64,000 bases of DNA from Macrostomum hystrix (lineage: Eukaryota; Animalia; Platyhelminthes), in the NCBI GenBank assembly GCA_950097015.1, contig CATNEN010000038.1, positions 21,142,001-21,206,000 on the forward strand, in the 5' to 3' direction. How positions within the stretch are numbered: position 1 is the stretch's first letter; each line of letters opens with the position of its first letter. Of this stretch, positions 13,301 through 25,261 are shown one piece after another. A model generated the notes under the pieces. It ran no database searches, had not been told where the DNA came from, and was given only the letters and a program-made list of their open reading frames with translations. Made by a program: the position numbers and the translations under genes.

Positions 13301-16300
13301 GGGCTGAGAATAGAACTCCCGACCTTGTTAGATAATGAATCTCTAAATGAATCTTCTCCCGCAGCAACTGATGATGCTGAGCCAGCTGCTCATCACAGCC
13401 GAAGCCACTGTGTCGTGTCGCTACATGCCCGAAGATGTTCTTGCTGGCTGCGTCATGGCCAATCTAGTAAGGAATGAATTCAATAATTGACTGTCTCTCG
13501 AATTGGGCCTGCCATATTCAGCATTGACAAGCAGCAAAGTGTTTTTTCTTTGCAGCTAATTTCCATATTTGGCACGCTTACTGGTCAGGGCATTGTCACG
13601 GCTTGCGACACATTGTTCTCCAGGGTAAGGATTACACATTTCAGTGATCTAGCGATTTTTAAAGGAAAAATTGTCCAGGTTGAACACGTGTGCAGAATTT
13701 GATTGGTTGGACTGGTTTGGTTGGTCGGATTTGATTGGTTAGACTGGTTTGGTTGGTCGGATTTGATTGGTTAGAAAGGTTTGGAGTGTTGAGTGTCAGG
13801 GACAGAGGAAATGGTTGAGTTTGAACACGTGTAAAAAATTGATTGGCTAGTATGATGGGACTGGTTTGAAGTATTCAAGAGTTATTACGTGGGTCCTAAC
13901 GCTGGTAAGATACGGTTTGCTGTTGTTGTTTGAAAATTTTGTAATCGATAAAAAATAATCCACAGGCTATAGGTAACTCGGAGCGACGCAAGCTGACCAT
14001 CTGTTTCCACCAGGCACTGCAGATCCTTGTGTTTGTGGCCATTCTGGTCTGGTCGCTCATCATTGTGCTTGACCGGATTCTGCTGGCTTGCGGTCATAAG
14101 CCCGCTGTGCTGATGTAAGAGTTAGCTTGTAGGCAGCACTTATATAATCATCAAAAAACGCTAACCTTGTCAACTAAGGCCTCAAAATTTATATCCAAAT
14201 GTACAGAGTGACTGGTCAATACCTGCTGTTTTACTCTCCGGCCATTCTTGTAAGAGTTCTTATCTCAATTTATCTGAAAATCCATTTTTTATTCTACCAT
14301 TTAAACTCTACCATAAACTATCAGGTGGAGTACTGCTTCATCCTGCAGTCCCGCTACCTGCAGTGCCAGGACTATGTGCGCGTCCCCGCTTTGGCTGCTG
14401 TTGTTGGCAATCTGGTTCACATCATACTGCAGGCCAGCTTCTCACAAATATTCCAGCCAGATCACAGGTAAGGCTGGGGAGGCCGAGACAAGTGGTAAAT
14501 GCGTTCGGAACTCCCACAAATGTACCCGAGTTAGAATCCGCAGCGAGGCCACAGAGAGTTGACACAGGCTGACTATGAGAAAGTCATGAGGCACCTATGT
14601 GAGTGAGTGAGAGTGTGTACAGGAAATGGATAAAATTGCCTCCTCGCTCACTGAAGATTATTGACTGTCGCCAAATGACGCACCAGTAGCCGTGGCTCCT
14701 CGGTGAATGTTAATTATAACTATTATTAAGTTCGTCCTTGTAGCCTAAAGTTTGTGTAGTGGTTAGTGGTTAGAGCGTCAGACTCACGACTTAAATGGGA
14801 TTCGATTCTTGACTCCACTGGAAAAAATATTTCCTCCAGAAAGCCAGTTAACTCTGCGTTTCTTCAGTTCACCCGGCTGTAGCCAGCATTAGCTGGGATA
14901 ATCGAAGGTCATTGTGGCGTCTCCCAAGTCTATTTGATGATATTTAGGTGATTTTTACTAAGTTAAGGCCTAATTCTTAACCGAAATCTAAACAATACTA
15001 CTGTATTTTAGCCATGTAACTACTATTAGCCATTTTACAAAGCTTCGAGACTCCTGAACTAAAGCAAGCAAGTTTGTCTTGATTAGATGAGCATAGCATA
15101 CTCAGTGCAAAAGGGCAATAAAAATTTTCAGACTAATAGCTGTTGCTCAAGCCATGGCAGTCCTGACGATGTTTATCACCGAGTCCGTCTACGTTCAACT
15201 GAAAGGTCTACTCGTCATCAACATGGATGATGTATTGACCGCCTTCGCTAGCAACTGGTCACCATTTCTTAAGTTGGCGATTCCTGGATTCCTGGTCGTA
15301 GTCCTGGAGAATCTGTGCTTTCGCATCGCCTCAATACTGACAGCCTACGACGGGTCGAATGTACTAGGCGAACAGGGCGTTGTTAACCAGGTTGAGACTT
15401 TGGTCTACTGCGTGAGTGAAGTCTGAAAATAATTCGTTTCGTTATAAAAATTCTATTAAGAAGTTGGATTTCTTAATAAAGTTCATCGATTGTTATCTTA
15501 GATCCCCGCTAGCCTGGGCATCGCCGTCAGCATTCGGGTGGCTCGCTCGTTGGGTGCCGGAGATCACATCCTTGCTAAGCGGTCCTACAAGCTCGGCATG
15601 CTCATTGGCAGTGAGTCCCGGGTACAGTAGTTTTTTTGGTAACGATTAGGTGCACCAATGGACAATTGTAATCCTCACAGTAGGTACCTTAGATAGTGGT
15701 ACCAACGTAATACGCTTGCACCATAGACAATACTATCTTACACACATCAAATCGTTTAACAATCGCAGCCACGTTCGCTCTGGTTATCATGCTGATACTG
15801 GGCATTTTCGGTCGCATGGTGCCCTATATATTCACTTCTAACCCGTGAGTCAATGTCAATGTAAATGCGCGGTATAAGCCGAATACTTGAGGTATATTCA
15901 TTTAGCTTCTTAAAAAACTTTCAGAGTGATTGCTCGAGTTGCTGGCGAGTGCCTGTATATTCTACTGCCAATGCAGCTGGTGGATGCGGCATCTGTGAGT
16001 GCTGATGACGTGCTGATGACGAACAACATCATGCACGCTTGGACCTTCAGGGCGCAACCCCAATCACTACCACCGCAACCCCAAAAGAGCGGATTCTTAG
16101 TCGTTAGTCTACGGCATTAGTATAATATACTGTATGGCTGTCACCACAACCCAAAAAACGGATCATTAGTCTATGGTTAAACTATACTGTTGGGCTCTGT
16201 CCCCACAAACCAAAAAACTGATCATTAGTCTATGGTTAAACTATACTGTTGCGCTCTGTCACCACAAGCCAAAAAACTGATCATTGGTCTATGGTTAAAC

Positions 16301-17298
16301 TATACTATGGGGCTCTGCCAACACACCCCAAAAGTACCGATGTTACCTTTGGTAAAATAAGAGTATTTAGACTATTCCCTTTCTCCTTTTACATAGTCTG
16401 ATTTACACTCGTAGATTAATCATTTTGTTTCTTCAGGCTGTACTATGCGGAGTTTTGCGCGGCTGCGCCAGGCACAAAATCGCAGCCGCTTTAATCTTCG
16501 TCGGCTTCTACTTAATTGCACTGCCTAGCGGCATAGCCATGGAGTTCGCCGCGGGCCTGCAGATGAAAGGAATCTGGATTGGCATGATTCTAGGTCTCAG
16601 CTTTCTCAGCTTGGCCTATTTTGTGCTGGTACATCGCACAGACTGGGAGGAGCAGGCTAGGCTGGCGGTGAGTGCTAACTAAAATCAGTTTTATTGGCAT
16701 GGTCCGTTTTTAAGTAGATTTTAAATACACACTGAAAAGTGGTGCGTGATGACTTATTAACGAAATACGAGCTACTAATATTTATCTCAACACAACGCAG
16801 GCTGAAAGTGAATGTGAAACGAGTCTACTTCAGTCTAGTTCAGCTGGTCATCCAGGTTCGCATCGTTATTAGTAGTATTTTGCGCGTTTCTTTTAAGAGT
16901 CCGTTGAAATGTTAATGTTATTTAAAACTACATTTCTTATATCAGCCGATGGACAAGATCGTCTAGAGCTGAAATCCATAGCAACAGGCGGCCAACACGT
17001 TCGCCGTCGTGACTTGGGAATCTCGACGGCCTCCGCCGCTGATTGGCCGCTTCAGTTAAAGCAGCAGCGACGTCGTCAAAGAATCCGTCGAAAGCTTGTC
17101 GCCGCCGTTGTTGTTCTCAGCCTTTTTGCCGGCTCTCTGACGGTCAGAGCGATGACCGAAATTTCCGACAACGGCAAGGGTGCCATCGGTGCCACCGCCC
17201 CGAACAACACGACACCAACCGTTGGATTGGCGTCTGGTCTCCTTGATCGAGTGCTGAATGGAGGCAGCGTAGACATAACAAGTGGGAGCCTTGGTTGA
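10354..17298 (+). CDS. MATE / SLC47-family multidrug and toxin extrusion transporter, 13 exons
   Basis: Exons 10354-10599, 13365-13466, 13556-13624, 13966-14114, 14207-14249, 14325-14467, 15132-15411, 15502-15610, 15769-15844, 15925-15994, 16437-16667, 16801-16855, 16946-17298. All introns GT-AG with compatible phases. MATE motifs ILRLAFP, ACDTLFS, FLKLAIPG, SIRVARSLGAG, GVLRG, GIWIG, plus an extra C-terminal hydrophobic helix. Confidence 0.9.
11748..12039 (-). mobile_element. SINE family A (full length)
   Basis: Reverse-complement match to 8932-9238 including A and B boxes and an A-rich tail. Confidence 0.85.
13125..13315 (-). mobile_element. Old diverged 3' fragment of the RNase H LINE
   Basis: GCTGCGGTGTCGCGCAGGGGATCCGG and CCTGAAAACGT blocks match the 35064-35320 region. 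Confidence 0.7.
14475..14725 (+). mobile_element. Degenerate SINE family B
   Basis: AATTGCCTCCTCGCT...GTCGCCAAATGA 3' part and a decayed tRNA-like head. Confidence 0.55.
14738..14930 (+). mobile_element. SINE family A (degenerate)
   Basis: TAGTGGTTAGAGCGTCAGACTCACGACTT head and CAGTTCACCCGGCTGT core. Confidence 0.7.
16060..16340. repeat. ~59-bp degenerate tandem repeat in MATE intron
   Basis: GATCATTAGTCTATGGTTAAACTATACTG recurs about 4 times. Confidence 0.8.
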
Positions 17299-17479
17299 AA
17301 ACGGATCTTTGAGTAGTTCGTACGGACTGTTCAGTCATTTTTCATCTTTTCATCGAATAAGTACGGCAATTATATCATACTTGTCAGACTTGTCGGAGCA
17401 TCCAATACGACTCTCGAATAAGTAGCTAATCCGTAAAATATGTATTATAACCCGATCTTTGCCATTCGATGCATTCTCA

Positions 17480-17855
17480 TCAATACCTTCTCTGACGCTT
17501 CGATACCTTCTCTGGCGCTTCGATGCCTTCCGTGGCGCTTCGATGCCTTCCCTGACGCTTCGATACCTTCTCTGAAGCTTCGATGCCTTTTCTGACGCTT
17601 CGATACCTTCTCTGATGGTTTGAAACCTTCCGTGACGTTTCGATGCCTTCCCTGTCAATTCGATATTTTCTCTGACACTTTGATACCTTCTCTGATGGTT
17701 TGACCCCTTCTCTGACTCTTCGATACCTTCTCTGACGCTTCGATGCCTTCTCTGACGCTTCGATACCTTCTCTGAAGCTTCGATACATTCTCTGACACTT
17801 TGATACCTTCTCTGACGCTTCGATACCTTCTCTGACGCTTTAGTACTTTCTCTGA
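17480..17855. repeat. 20-bp minisatellite
   Basis: TCTGACGCTTCGATACCTTC, ~18 copies. Confidence 0.92.
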
Positions 17856-18475
17856 TGCGTTGTTGCTGTCCTCACTCTCCAAGGCCTCTCTAATACACAT
17901 AGAACACTAAGATTGCTCTGGCGTAAAATCATCGGTCGCCCTTTCGATCGCCCTTTCGATCACCATTTAAAACATATCACTATTTTTTTAGTTTGCTTTT
18001 TTCTTTAGACAAGATTTGCCGCTTAGCAGTCGATGCGCTAACTTTGAGCAGTATTTCAGGACAAATTCGCCCTTAATATTTGATAGACCCTGCTCTTATT
18101 ATTTATCCAGACATGCACCATGCATATTAGTAACCATTTTACTCTAGCCTAGGTGGTTTCTTTCTCGTAGTTTATAAAATCATTATTAATCTCTGTACGT
18201 AGTTTTAGGCTTTTTAGTATAAGAAATATGATATTTTAGCATCAACTTTTGGATTGATTCGAAATTTAATCAAATTGTTAATCTGTAACCAACTTAAAAG
18301 CAAAACTGAACTCGAACTCTACTTAGAGCAGTTAATGAAAAAACGATTTCGCAGTAGATAAAATGAATTTTTTCTTGCAATTGTGAACCACTTGCAATTC
18401 ACAACCAACTCTGGCGTAAACATATCATGGAGCGAAGTTAAACTCGTTTTCTAAATTAAAATTTAAAGTAATGTT

Positions 18476-19810
18476 TTAAATTAAAAATGTGTAATCATCT
18501 CTTTTCGAAAAAATACAGCGCTGGTACATAGTAGCATGCTTTAAGATTAAATGAAGTTCAAAATTATCAACGCGCAAGTGATGATCTTTTCTTTTAATGT
18601 TTTTTCGGAAACAAGTTTTTTTAGATTCTGAGGAGTGAGGACACTGACGACACGGACGAAACGGAGGACACTGAGGACACTGAGGACACTGAGGACACTG
18701 AGGACGCTGAGGACACTGAGGACACTGAGGACACTGAGGACACTGAGGACACTGAAGACACTGAGGACAGTAAGGACAGTGAGGACTGTATTTTAAGAGG
18801 CCTATAGTTTCCGAGTGCACTTTCTGCGTCTCTTCAGCTCGTCGTAGCGGCGAAACCTCCGATGGCATTTCTGGCATTCCAACGGAGGATCGGCATCGTG
18901 CAGCAGGCAGTGTCTGGTGGTGTCAGATGAAGCGTTTTTAACAGACGCCGCACTCGAAATCGACTTGCTGCCTGTGTGACTGCGGATGTGACGGTGTAGC
19001 AGGTCCGACTGTTTGAAGCACTTTGAGCAACTAGTGTCCGGGCAGGCATAGAGCTTGGTAGGCCCTGAGCTGTTCCGGGATTCATTGGAAGCCAGATTAT
19101 CCTCAGCAACAGCTTCATCGTGCTGGATTAACATCGAGCCTAGAGATCAGGATAAACCTGGTTATGAGGGGCCAACGAATTTCGGGACTGTAGAGCCATG
19201 CGGGTCAGCCAGGCAATAGGTGGGTGAGTTAATTGTAGGGCTTTGATGCAGCCCTTCTCGCCTATCGGTAATTAAACCCGCATTCCGCCGTACGCTACGT
19301 AGTTTAGATAGCGAATACATTTGGCCGTGAGATCACGCGCCCAGCTCGTGACAGTTGAGCAGGCTGCTAGACTAGTTAATACAAGCTATACATCCGTGCT
19401 GCTTGAGCAGTTGAATTGCGTTTAATTTATTAGAGTTCATTTGACAGCTTAAATATCTAAGACGCTAGCATTCATGTTGCATAAGTAAAGCAAATGTAAC
19501 GTAAATTTAGGACACAGGGGTCTGACCTTCTGGTGTCGAAAGCCTGACGTCAACTGGAGAGTCCGCAGCTGAATGCAGGCAGACCTCCTGCTGTTTTAAG
19601 TGTGGTTAAAGTTGTGAAAACACGACTTAAATTCGGAGGACAAAAGTCGGTGGGCAAACGGGGTTTTCCCGACAGTCAACTTACCTGTTCAGGGGAATGA
19701 AAAACTGCTTCTGCTTCTGCCAAAGAAATTCGTGTGAGCTCTTGCAATTGAACTGAATCAAAACTGAATGCAGTTCCACCGCACAGGTGTTCAGTTGAAG
19801 ACTGTTGCAT
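18476..19810 (-). pseudogene. EGR-like C2H2 zinc-finger gene with frameshifted fingers 2 and 3
   Basis: Exons 19810-19685, 19590-19527 and 19139-(18802 or 18476), with consistent phases. Finger 1 YACPDTSCSKCFKQSDLLHRHIRSHTG is intact. Finger 2 FECGVC*KRF lies off-frame. The terminal QKVH of finger 3 lies in another frame. Confidence 0.7.
18635..18790. repeat. 9-bp repeat GGACACTGA (reads CPQ on the minus strand)
   Basis: Direct tandem copies. Confidence 0.9.
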
Positions 19811-20036
19811 TTTATTCCCTGCGCTAACTCTAATAACAGACACAAAGTTACTTTTTAAAAAATTCAATACTTGTCATCGATTTTGTCTTCATTTATTAGC
19901 TACCAAGCCCACCTGCCACTCTTCTATAATTGTCACTCAATTTTAGCTTCTCATTGGATGAAGGAGACATTAAATTTCTATTCGATAGAAACTGAATCTA
20001 CCTAGGCATGAAAGTCCTTAACCTACTAGAATTTCT

Positions 20037-20225
20037 TGTAGCCCAGCGGATATAGCCTTAGAGCGTCAGACTGACGACTTGAAGGTCGGGGGTTCTATCC
20101 CCGAATCCACTGGAACAATTTGCGCCCAAGAGCAAGGCACTTAACTCTGCATTGCTACAGTTCAGCCAGCTATTGGTTTGGCGTCCTCCCAGTCCATGGA
20201 CTGAACAGCCGTACGCAGCCTTCAC
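20037..20225 (+). mobile_element. SINE family A
   Basis: GACTTGAAGGTCGGGGGTTC head; GCAAGGCACTTAACTCTGCATTGC core. Confidence 0.75.
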
Positions 20226-20724
20226 ATAGATAAAGTCCGTAGCCTACTGAATAAATGTAGGTAGATAGATGTACAGTTAAGTGTGACAGCTGCAGCAATT
20301 TAAGGGCGGTTCCAAGTGCAGTTTACGGCTGTTCAGTCCGTGAACTTGGCAGACCATCGCATCAACCGGAGTTTAAACTTCAGCTAATATCAGAAAGGCA
20401 AGACCTTTAGAAAAATGGTATAAAAGGTGAGTCCTTAACCACCGGAAAAAAAGCAAGGTAATTCATTATCAATGATGGTTTGGTTAATTTGATTTAAATT
20501 GTCACCCAGTTATGACTTTCGCTTTTATTTTAATTTTTTTTCATCATTCTATACGATTTTATAGTCTACTTTATAGACTGAAATTATTGACGTTTAACTT
20601 CTAAGAGTTTCGAGTACCTATTCTTAGCGTAACCCAATTCAAAATAATTATTTATTCCTATAAAAAAGTTGTCAACATATGCACATTGCTACTTTTAGTA
20701 GATTCCGTCGCAGAGCAGTTGCTA

Positions 20725-20954
20725 TGCCGACAGCACAGCCGCAGCTATTGCAGGCGCATCTGAAGGCTGCGTACGGCTTTTTAGTCCATGGACTGGGGGG
20801 CGCCATACCCACAGACCCACAGTCAAAAGGACAAAAAACTACTGGGTGGTGAACTCAAGCGATGCAGAATTAGGACACATTTTGTGCATTGGAGTTGGGA
20901 ATCGAACCCCTGACCTTCAAGTCGTAAGTCCTACGCTCTAGCTACTAGGCTACA
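20725..20954 (-). mobile_element. SINE family A
   Basis: Reverse-complement head (GGGAATCGAACCCC...CTAGGCTACAA) and tail. Confidence 0.75.
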
Positions 20955-21330
20955 AAATGACTAGAAGTAAATATGAGGGACTTCAGAGCTTCCTATTTCT
21001 GACAGAGAGAGAGGTCAGGGGTTCGAAGCTCAGCCAAAGGGGAACCGATTTGTGTAGGTTCAATTTAACCCAGCTGTAAAATGGGCGGCATCTGGGCTAG
21101 GTGTTATTCATATTTGTTATTTGGAGAGGCCGCCGATCCATTAAAGTGCAAAACCATTTCAATTCTATTGCGCGACGTCTTAAGTCACTCTCAAACTGTC
21201 TCTGACTCTCGGGATCCTAAATCTTGTTAGTCTATAAATCTCGAAGATTCTCCTAACAGCGAGAGATTAGCCTACTATTTATCTGCATTTCGGACAAACT
21301 AAGCTATAAATATTCTCACACATACACATA

Positions 21331-22150
21331 CTGATAAATCAAAATGTCCACGGAGCAGAAATCTTCCTCCACTCAGTCAGCCAGGCGGCGATCCATGCCC
21401 TTGGACGCACGCACACCTGCTCGCGCGCAGTCCTCGACTGCTTCGCGCACTCAACCACTCAACCGCTTAGGGACCCATAACAAGGTGTCCCTAAGGTGGA
21501 TTCCAGGGCACTCTGGCCACCCTGGTAACGAATTGGCCGACAGCCTCGCCAAGGCCGGTTAGACGGGTTCGCTTTTTGGCCCCGTGCCTGCGGTCTCCAC
21601 CCCTACCGCCGTCGTCAACACTCGGATTAACCAGTGGGTGGCCTCAAAGCACAAGGACAGATGTATCAATACCGCCGATTGTCGGCAGTCTCGCGCTGCT
21701 GTCCCTTGTCCCTCTACTGCCCTTCGCAAAGCCCTGCTTGGACTCAACCGCAGGGACATCAGGGCACTCAACATGGCCCGCTCTGGCCACGGCTGTTTCG
21801 CTAGGCAAAATCCGTTGTGGGGAGTGCCCTTTCTGCCTCTCCTGCGTTGAGGATTTTATTTGCCACTGTCCCGCCTTCACTCAGGACAGGCTCACCTATC
21901 TCGGCCCAAACCCGGATCTCTCCGACGTTTTCAGGCCTGAGAACATCTGCCTGCACGTCCGTTACCCAAGGGCCACCGGGCGAGCGACTCTCCACTTCCT
22001 GGACTCTCCGGAGGAGGACCGCGCTGTGGACCGGATCCCCTGCGCGACACCGCAGCTTTAGTTGCCCGTGGTCGCCAGGGGCTAGCGGAATGGGCGGCAA
22101 CGCTTCCCCGCTGCATCCGAAGGATGCCCCCTGCAGCTAAGTCAAGTCAA
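21331..22150 (+). mobile_element. 5'-truncated RNase H-containing non-LTR retrotransposon (I/R1/LOA-like group)
   Basis: RNase H C-terminus [24 protein letters not shown]-terminal CCHC (CPFC...ICHC), frameshifted, (AAGTC)n tail; highly similar to 35064-35978. Confidence 0.88.
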
Positions 22151-23297
22151 GAGATTAGCCTGGTATTTATCACTAGTTCGGACAAGCTAAGCTATAAATA
22201 TTCTCACACATGCGAGCTAATCCTGCCTACATCGATCAAGCTGCTCTGCTTCAAGTGTCTTGCATAAAGGAAATCTTCAAAAAATTATCTTGAGAAATTA
22301 TAGATTTGTAACAAGACATCTGCGCAACAGAAATTCGTCCCAGCGCAGGTTGAACAAAAAGAAATGAAATGAATCGAACCATAATCGAAAAGAGCAGTGC
22401 TCACTCACACTATCGAATTTTTATGTCCTGACTTGACCCCCCGGCCGAAACTGTCTGAGATTTCCAGGTGTTTTTAAGCGCAATACATCATTCTGTTCTG
22501 TGTTGATGCTGCCATTCTTCCTTCGTCTAATTCAGCTTGCTATCTCTGGGATATACGCTTGGTAAACATTTATCCTCTGCACGTGTACTTTTTTTACGGC
22601 GGCGAACCTCGATTACACACACAGGCTCAATAGACTAATTGGGCCTGTCAAACCTGTTCGCATCTTCTCGGGACTGTCATGGTTTTTGTTTCAGCTTTAG
22701 ATTCTTTCTGTGGTTGTCTATTTTTAAAACAAATTGCATGTCGAGTCGAATTTTTAAAGTCATTTCTGGCGCATTGTGAGGTGCTAGTCAATAATGCATG
22801 CAGTAAGGCTGCTGACTTGGGCTAAGCTTGTTATCTCGGTTATTTATACAAAATCCTTTTTTGACGCCTATTTTTACTTGTAGCGTCTCTGTCTAGTCTA
22901 GTGGATTATTATAGAATGCTTTTAGTTTAATTAGTCAGTGTATATTTAGAGTTGCAAAATAATTTTAGAGACATGTATACTGTAATAATGAAAGTTATAT
23001 TTGATGAATTACAATTTAGATAGAGTAATAATAAGCTCATAAGGCGTGTCTAATTAATTAATTAATATCTACTTAATTATAAGAATCCCATGATTGGCTA
23101 GGCCAGAAAGAGGGTCCGACAGGGCGGAGAGAAAAAGAGGTTGTGAAAACCCTGGGGAAGTGGAGGGTTAACAGCGATCGATAAATAAAGGGGGGAGAGA
23201 AAATGCACATGGCTAGGCTATACTGGAGTGGGGTTGGCTCGACAGGGGCGCGGAGAAAAAATCGATAATAGCTAGTGGATTGCGTGGACGAGCCCAA

Positions 23298-23498
23298 TTA
23301 CGAAAACTGCAAAGAAATTTCGTAATTTCGCGTTTCTAATTGACATTCTTTAAATATAATGTTCGTAAGAGTCCAATTAGCTAACTATTTCCCCTTTTTA
23401 CGAAAACTGCAAAGAAATTTCGTAATTTCGCGTTTCTAATTGACATTCTTTAAATATAATGTTCGTAAGAGTCCAATTAGCTAACTATTTCCCCTTTT
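23298..23498. repeat. 100-bp tandem duplication
   Basis: CGAAAACTGCAAAGAAATTTCG begins at both 23301 and 23401 and the two copies match. Confidence 0.93.
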
Positions 23499-23947
23499 CC
23501 AATTAATAATTGCTAATCTGTCGAAAAATATATAAATTAGCACCCTTTTAGACTAAACTGCTGTACGCAGCGTAGAAATGGCCCCGGTGATATATATTCT
23601 TCAATGAAGAATAATTCCCAGTCTTCATTGAAGCAGTACAATAAAAAGACGAGACAAATGAACGCAAAATTTTAGTTTTTAATGATCCGCTAATTTATTT
23701 CATGCAAGCTCGCATCGTTGCTTAGATTCGCTTCGACACTACCTTTGACGGCGGCCGCCCACGCAGGCACTTATTCTCATTTTTGTAATGATAGACTATC
23801 ATTTGGCGCTTGTGACTTTCTTGGAAAATAAACCCGCATGATTTGAGGGCATCTCACAGCCCTGATTGTAGCCCTGATCTTTTTGTTTTTGTTTTGCAAG
23901 TGATTAAATATGCTATATTTGCGCTTAACAGTAGAAAAATAGAAAGC

Positions 23948-24277
23948 CCATCGGGGTATTTCAAATGCCCTTTCTTTTTTGTATCGCCTAAAATACATTA
24001 CCTATCGCGATGAAAATTCTAAAATTTTCCTCTCCCTGATGAAACAACTTTTTTACTGAAGTAGGCAGTGGGCAAATCGGTCATTCGGTTTGGGAGCGGT
24101 CGTGAAGTAGGCAGTGGGCAAATCGGTCATTCGGTTTGGGAGCTGTCGTGAAGTAGGCAGTGGGCAAATCGGTCATTCGGTTTGGGAGCTGTCGTGAAGT
24201 AGGCAGTGGGCAAATCGGTCATTCGGTTTGGGAGCTGTCGTGAAGTAGGCATTGGGTATTTGAAACAGCCCGTGGTC
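23948..24277. mobile_element. MITE-like element carrying a 46-bp tandem array (24057-24255)
   Basis: Inverted ends CGGGGTATTTCAAATGCCC and GGGTATTTGAAACAGCCCG. Unit GTGAAGTAGGCAGTGGGCAAATCGGTCATTCGGTTTGGGAGCTGTC x~4; single copies near 37690 and 12045 (minus). Confidence 0.55.
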
Positions 24278-24398
24278 TTCCCCCGGGGGAAGATATCGTT
24301 GTCTTTCTACTGTCAAAGTCTCCTAGGTTCTCTAGATCCCATCTTTCCCCATCCATGCTTCTCCCCTCAATCCTTCTCCTCTATCCCATTGCCTACAT

Positions 24399-24865
24399 CA
24401 GGGGTGTGCAAACTCCGGCCCGCGGGCCAGATGCGGCCCTCGAAGCTCCCAAATCCGGCCCGTTGCCCCTTCTGACATCTACAGTGTCCTGTTTCATCTC
24501 TCTCGTGTCTAATATCTCCCGTGTCTCATCGCTCTCGTATCTAATCTCTTCCCTGTCTTATCTCTCCCGTGTCTAATCTCTCCTGTGTCTCATCGCTCTC
24601 GTATCTAATCTCTTCCCTGTCTTATCTCTCCCGTGTCTAATCTCTCCCGTGTCTCATCGCTCTCGTATCTAATCTCTCCCGTGTCTAGTCTCTCCCGTGT
24701 CTAATTTCTCCCGTGTCTAATCTCTTCCCTGTCTAATCTCTCCCGTGTCCCATCTTTCCTGTGTCTCATCTCTCCCGTGTCTCATATTTATACAGTCAAT
24801 GCGGCCCGCTGTCGTCTTTTAGGCTCTCTCTTTGGCCCGCCAGCAAATAAGTTTTCCCACCCCTG
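24399..24865 (+). mobile_element. Non-autonomous hAT-type DNA transposon (MITE)
   Basis: TIRs CAGGGGTGTGCAAACT and AGTTTTCCCACCCCTG; perfect 8-bp TSD GCCTACAT (24391-24398, 24866-24873); subterminal GGCCCG motifs; internal TCTCCCGTGTCTAATC repeats. Confidence 0.9.
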
Positions 24866-25261
24866 GCCTACATACTGTTATTCTTAAGAATTGTGAGAAC
24901 TTAGTAAATAACACATATGGTGCGATTAAACATGACAAAATTGTTGCCAAGTAGCTCGCTGTTTTTTGTTTCTATTTTTACACAGCTTTTTATCTGCACA
25001 GGAAAATTCATGATTGATTAGGTGCGATGCAACGGAATTAGTTGTTTAAAACAAAACATGTTATTAATTAAGCCATGCAAACTCAACATTTTCAAAGCCA
25101 CCAAAGTGCAGGAAAAAAAATTATGCGCAAGAAAATGGACAAGCATACCAGAATCAACCGTCTACGAGCGCAATCTGCCAAAAATATTCCAGAAATCTAC
25201 CATCCGATCTACCAGAGATCGCCCGTCTAAGGTCATCCAGTCTGCCAGGATGACAGGGCAA

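Noticed and set aside
22260-22720. Exon-like segments with splice-like signals on the minus strand
   Set aside because: Frames I tried contain stops and show no recognisable protein motif.
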